A model generated the notes under the pieces. It was not told the DNA's origin and made no database searches. It was given only the letters and a program-made list of their open reading frames with translations. Made by a program: the position numbers and the translations under genes. A stretch of 64,000 nt of DNA from Octopus vulgaris (lineage: Eukaryota): the NCBI GenBank assembly GCA_951406725.2, contig OX597832.1:49290001-49354000 (forward strand), read 5' to 3'. Shown here one piece after another: positions 59,191-64,000 of this stretch (positions within the stretch are counted from its first letter, which is position 1; each line of letters starts with the position of its first letter).

Positions 59191-59281
59191 ACATTTCAAT
59201 TCCCGAGCCTTATACTAATATATCTGTTTGTTTTCTACACCATCTGTCTACGTCTTTTGTTCTTTTCATGAATTCCCCCCT

Positions 59282-59332
<51 letters not shown>

Positions 59333-59336
<4 letters not shown>

Positions 59337-59691
59337 TAAATTATAGATAAAACCACTATTAGGCAAATCAAACAATGAAAAACTTAGCCAATACATAAAA
59401 TTAATTAATTTATATTATTTTAAATATATATCAAAAGTATTAAAAGTTTAATAAAAGATAATGAGTAAAACACTACGATCGTTTCATGGCTGTCCAATTC
59501 GTAATAATTCGAGTTATGATTACAGTCAATCTTTAGGTAATTGAAATATTTATCTTAGCGAGGTTTAGCAATGAACTTTTAATACTTTTGATATATATTT
59601 AAAATAATATAAATTAATTAATTTTATGTATTGGCTTAAGTTTTTCATTGTTTGATTTGCCTAATAGTGGTTTTATCTCTAATTTAATATA
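59333..59691. repeat. inverted repeat with arms of about 115 bp
   Basis: ATATTAAATTATAGATAAAACCACTATTAGGC...AAAAGTATTAAAAGTT is mirrored at about 59575-59691. Confidence 0.85.
59469..59541 (-). ncRNA. degenerate hammerhead relic in the inverted-repeat spacer
   Basis: CTAAAGA (G5 to A)-TTGACTGT...ACAGCCAT-GAA-ACGATCGT-A; same helix III as the 22595 motif. Confidence 0.45.
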
Positions 59692-60068
59692 ATATAATAT
59701 TTTACTATAAAATTGGATTCAATCCTAAATCTGATTTTTCCCTGTAAGTTTGGATTTATTCCCTAATATTTTATTATTAATTTATATGTGTATATATATA
59801 TATATATATAGGGATCGATTTGATTCGACTAAAGGCGGTGCTCCAGCATGGCCGCAGTCAAATGACTGAAACAAGTAAAAGAGTAAAAGAGAGAGAGAGA
59901 GAGAGAGTAACACCGTTTACTTTTCACCAATACATCAAGCTGTTCCTGAAAAAATAGGAGTAGGGAATTTCATGCATAACAGAGGGTTCCATTTATAACA
60001 GAATTACATAACAGAGTTACATAAAGAATTAGACTCAAAGATTTTTCGAGTATTATATTCTGCTCGTA

Positions 60069-60560
<492 letters not shown>

Positions 60561-61546
60561 TTTTTCTTATATTCTGCTCGTATACTTTTATAGTTTCGTG
60601 TCGCTGACTTCGACTTCATTTTTTTCAAAATATTGGGCGAGCAAAATGTATATCAAATATTTACCAGATTTTGTTTCCATCTGTAAAACATGCGTTGTTT
60701 TACAAATATAGACCACGGCCCTCGCCTAATATATCTACGTTATCACAAAGTGCCAATAGAGTGTCGGTTCCAGATCGTAAAACAAGTAAATTGTGAAAGC
60801 GATTGCAAATTATTCAAATGAGGAAATTTTGGTGGGGGGAAAAGAGGCAAAAAACATGAAGCGGTATGAATCGTTGTGTGAATTTCTGCCAAATGTCTGC
60901 ACATACAAATTTATCAGCTGGCATTCTTCAGCATGTAAGGGGAGGTCTGTACGCTCGTTTTTTTTCATACACATTTGCATGTGTGTATACGTGCGTGTGG
61001 CTTCGAGTGTGCGAGTGTGTGTGTTTTGTGTGTGTATGCGTGAGCGAGTTGTTACATGTGCCAAGTTTTTATCTTCAGTGTCAATGTCTCCCTACTTGAG
61101 AACGACGTAAGCAAATACCTCGAGATACGGCATTTCGTTCATAGTAAAATAAGAGAACTCTGAAAGCCTGTGTCTTTTATCATTTATCGCTTATTTCTTT
61201 TTGTTTTGTTTTTTGTTGTTTTTTTTTTTTTACTTGTGTCAGTTATTAGAATGAGGCCGGCCAAGCTGGGGCACCGCTTGGAAAGTTTATAAAGTTCTTT
61301 GTAATTCAACGAATCGACACAACTGCTTATCTTGTTTTTTTCAGCTTGATACTTATTCTATCCTTTTCTGTTTCCTGAACTGCTAAGTCACGGGGACGAA
61401 ATCAGTTCAAAACCGATTGCGAAGCGGTGAGTGATGAGGCACAAACGCAAACACAGACACACACACACACACAAACATATATATATATATATACATATAT
61501 ATAGCCACTACACACATTTTTTCTCTCCTTGTTTTTTTAGGTGTCC

Positions 61547-61582
61547 CTTTCTGTAGAAGAGCGTAGGCTCGAAACGTAAAAG
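61547..61582 (+). ncRNA. minimal hammerhead-like motif, U6 variant (copy 4)
   Basis: CTTT-CTGTAGA-A-GAGC-GTAG-GCTC-GAA-ACGT-A-AAAG. Confidence 0.65.
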
Positions 61583-61672
61583 ACTTTTTCAATTGATGAG
61601 CGTTATACCAATACACCTGTTTGTTTTGTACACCACCTGTCTTCGTCTTTAGTTTTTTTTTTGTAAACTCAA

Positions 61673-61731
<59 letters not shown>

Positions 61732-61854
61732 CTTTATTCGTTTCAGCCATGTAGCTGCCGTCATGCTGGAACACCACCTTATATATATGTGTGTGTGTGT
61801 GTGTGAATCTATCTATCTGTCTATATATACATGCACATACACATACTCACACAT

Positions 61855-61885
<31 letters not shown>

Positions 61886-62312
61886 AACACACATACTCCT
61901 GGGGCATAAAAGAACTCGTTTTTATATCGCTGACGAGCGATGACCGTCCGCTACGGTCGCCGGAAAAAAGCCAGATCACGTGATTTCGCTATGTTTCAAA
62001 TTTTTTTAGCAAATAAAATAATTTGCTAGGCGAAATTTGAAACCTAGGTATAACCGTAAAAAAATAACACGGTAAAAGTTTTTATTTTTCATTGCCTTCG
62101 AAAATTGCTCTTAAATGTGGTTTTGGGTCGTTTTGACTGCTTCTAGTGTATAAAACTACCTGTGTATGGTAGTTTCTCTCGTGTTAAAATGTACTCTATT
62201 TTATATTGAGAATATGTTGTCTATTGACAACATATATTGACAACATACATGCTAGGCCACTGGTGGTGAAATTTCTAAAAATATTCGCTACCCTATATAT
62301 TTTAAGGACATA

Positions 62313-62710
62313 TACTCTTTTACTCTTTTACTTGTTTCAGTCATTTGACTGCGGCCATGCTGTAGCACCACCTTTAGTCGAGCAAATCGACCCCGAGACT
62401 TATTCTTTGTAAGCCATGTACTTATTCTATCGGTTTCTTTTTGCCGAACCGCTAAGTGATGGGGACACACCAGCATCGGTTGTCAAGCAATGCTAGGGGG
62501 ACAAACACAGACACACAAACACATACAGACACACATATATATATACATATATACGACAGGCTTCTTTCAGTTTCCGTCTACCAAATCCACTCACAAGGCT
62601 TTGGTCGTCCCGAGGCTATGGCAGAAGACACTTGCCCAAGGTGCCACGCAGTGGGACTGAACCCGGAACCATGTGGTTGGTAAGCAAGCTACTTACCACA
62701 CAGCCACACT
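62313..62710 (-). mobile_element. SINE family B
   Basis: Family B consensus in reverse orientation. Confidence 0.88.
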
Positions 62711-62781
62711 CTTGTTTTATGCATTAAGTGCTCGTACTCTAGTTTGTGAAAGCAATCATTATATCTATGTGCGCGCGCCTC

Positions 62782-62911
<130 letters not shown>

Positions 62912-63139
62912 CAGATTACGACATGGCGTAGTATTTTAAAAGAGAACCTGTACGCAGGATAGAAATACAGTCGGGGTGATACTTGGAGGTGGGTTGGCTA
63001 GGTACGGGGCTCTGAGTTATGAAGCGCTGGGTGGGTCGGTGGGGTTTGGGGGTTATTTTCGGCTGAACAGGAGACATTGCTAAGAAAAATGAAGACAATA
63101 AAAGCCTTTATGTTTTGGTGATAAATGTATTTCACATTA

Positions 63140-64000
63140 AGTGATGGAGGGGTGAGTGGAGGGCAGGTGATGGGGACGGTGATGGGTATGGTGTTGATGG
63201 TGGTGGTGGGTATGGTTTTGGTGGTGTTGGTGATGCTGGTGATAGCTACGGCGGCGGCGATGACGGTGGTGGAGTTGGGGGCGGTCGTCTTGGTGGTGGC
63301 GATCGTGGAGGTAGTGATGATGGTGGTGGAGAGACGAGAATGTTGATGATGATATTGATATTGGTGATGGTGGTAGCGAGGATCGTCGTGGCGGAGATGG
63401 TAGTTGTGCCAAAGGTAGCGGTGGTGGCGGTGGTAGTGGTGATGGTGGCTACGGTGTCGTATAAAGTGATGGTGGCGGCGGTCGCGTCGGTAAATGCTGG
63501 ACAAGCGACGTGATTCTTGGACAAGCAAACCTACAATGGACAGCTTTCCAGCTGTGACCATCTCATTCGATTCCTTACACATAAGGTACCCATAACCGCA
63601 TTATTCAATTGTCTTTTTTGTTCCTAAGATGCCAGTACGTAATTTGAGGGATATTAGGATACTATTTCTAGAAGCCCCCATGATGGTTCGAAGTTACGTC
63701 GGTGGTGGTGGTGGTGGTGGTGGTGGTGGTGGTGGTGGTGGTGGTGGTGGTGGTGGTGGTCTTAAGGGTAGTGTTAGGGACTATGAAGAGGAGTTTAAGG
63801 TCTTTGGTTTGGCGGTGGCAGCGGCAGCGGTGATGGAAATAGTAGCGTTGGTGGTGTTGGTTGTGGAGGTGGGGTGGGGTGGGGTGGTAGCGGCGGCGGT
63901 ATGGTGGTGGTAGTGGTGTTCGTAGATATGACAGCTTTGGGGATGGTAGGAGATGTGGTGATAAAGATGATGGTGACGATGCTGCTCTGGTGCTGCTGCT
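63140..64000. repeat. degenerate (GGT)n low-complexity region
   Basis: GGT/GAT/GGC triplets with a pure (GGT)n run at 63701-63760. Confidence 0.85.

Noticed and set aside
61920-61992. CTGACGA...GAAA with a hairpin between
   Set aside because: Helix III cannot be formed without a large insertion; the context looks more like a DNA transposon end.
62998-63913. His/Thr-rich and Gly/Val-rich ORFs
   Set aside because: Degenerate (GGT)n low-complexity sequence.

Overview
AT-rich eukaryotic non-coding DNA saturated with microsatellites ((TA)n, (TACA)n, (GATA)n, (TG)n, (CTT)n). The repeat landscape suggests an octopus or other coleoid cephalopod genome (inference). I find no intact host protein-coding gene; almost every supplied ORF is translated microsatellite or repeat. 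Supported features: (1) four near-identical tRNA-Thr(CGT) genes at 46-58 kb plus a decayed fifth copy; (2) dozens of tRNA-derived SINE copies in several families (labelled A-E here); (3) decayed relics of Helitron, mariner, RTE, R4/Dong-like and Tx1/L1-like elements, and two MITEs containing (TTAGGG)n that bracket one tRNA. The most interesting signal is about ten hammerhead ribozyme (HHR) motifs from several unrelated sequence families, read by eye in short inserts embedded in microsatellites, most likely termini of Penelope-like elements. They include one fully canonical type I HHR (14251-14357), a U3-A8 compensatory variant (18203-18240, minus) and a four-copy family with a non-canonical U at core position 6. 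SINE family A also forms head-once/body-repeated arrays, suggesting it re-inserts into itself. All folds and alignments were done by eye; repeat boundaries are approximate and no database search was run.
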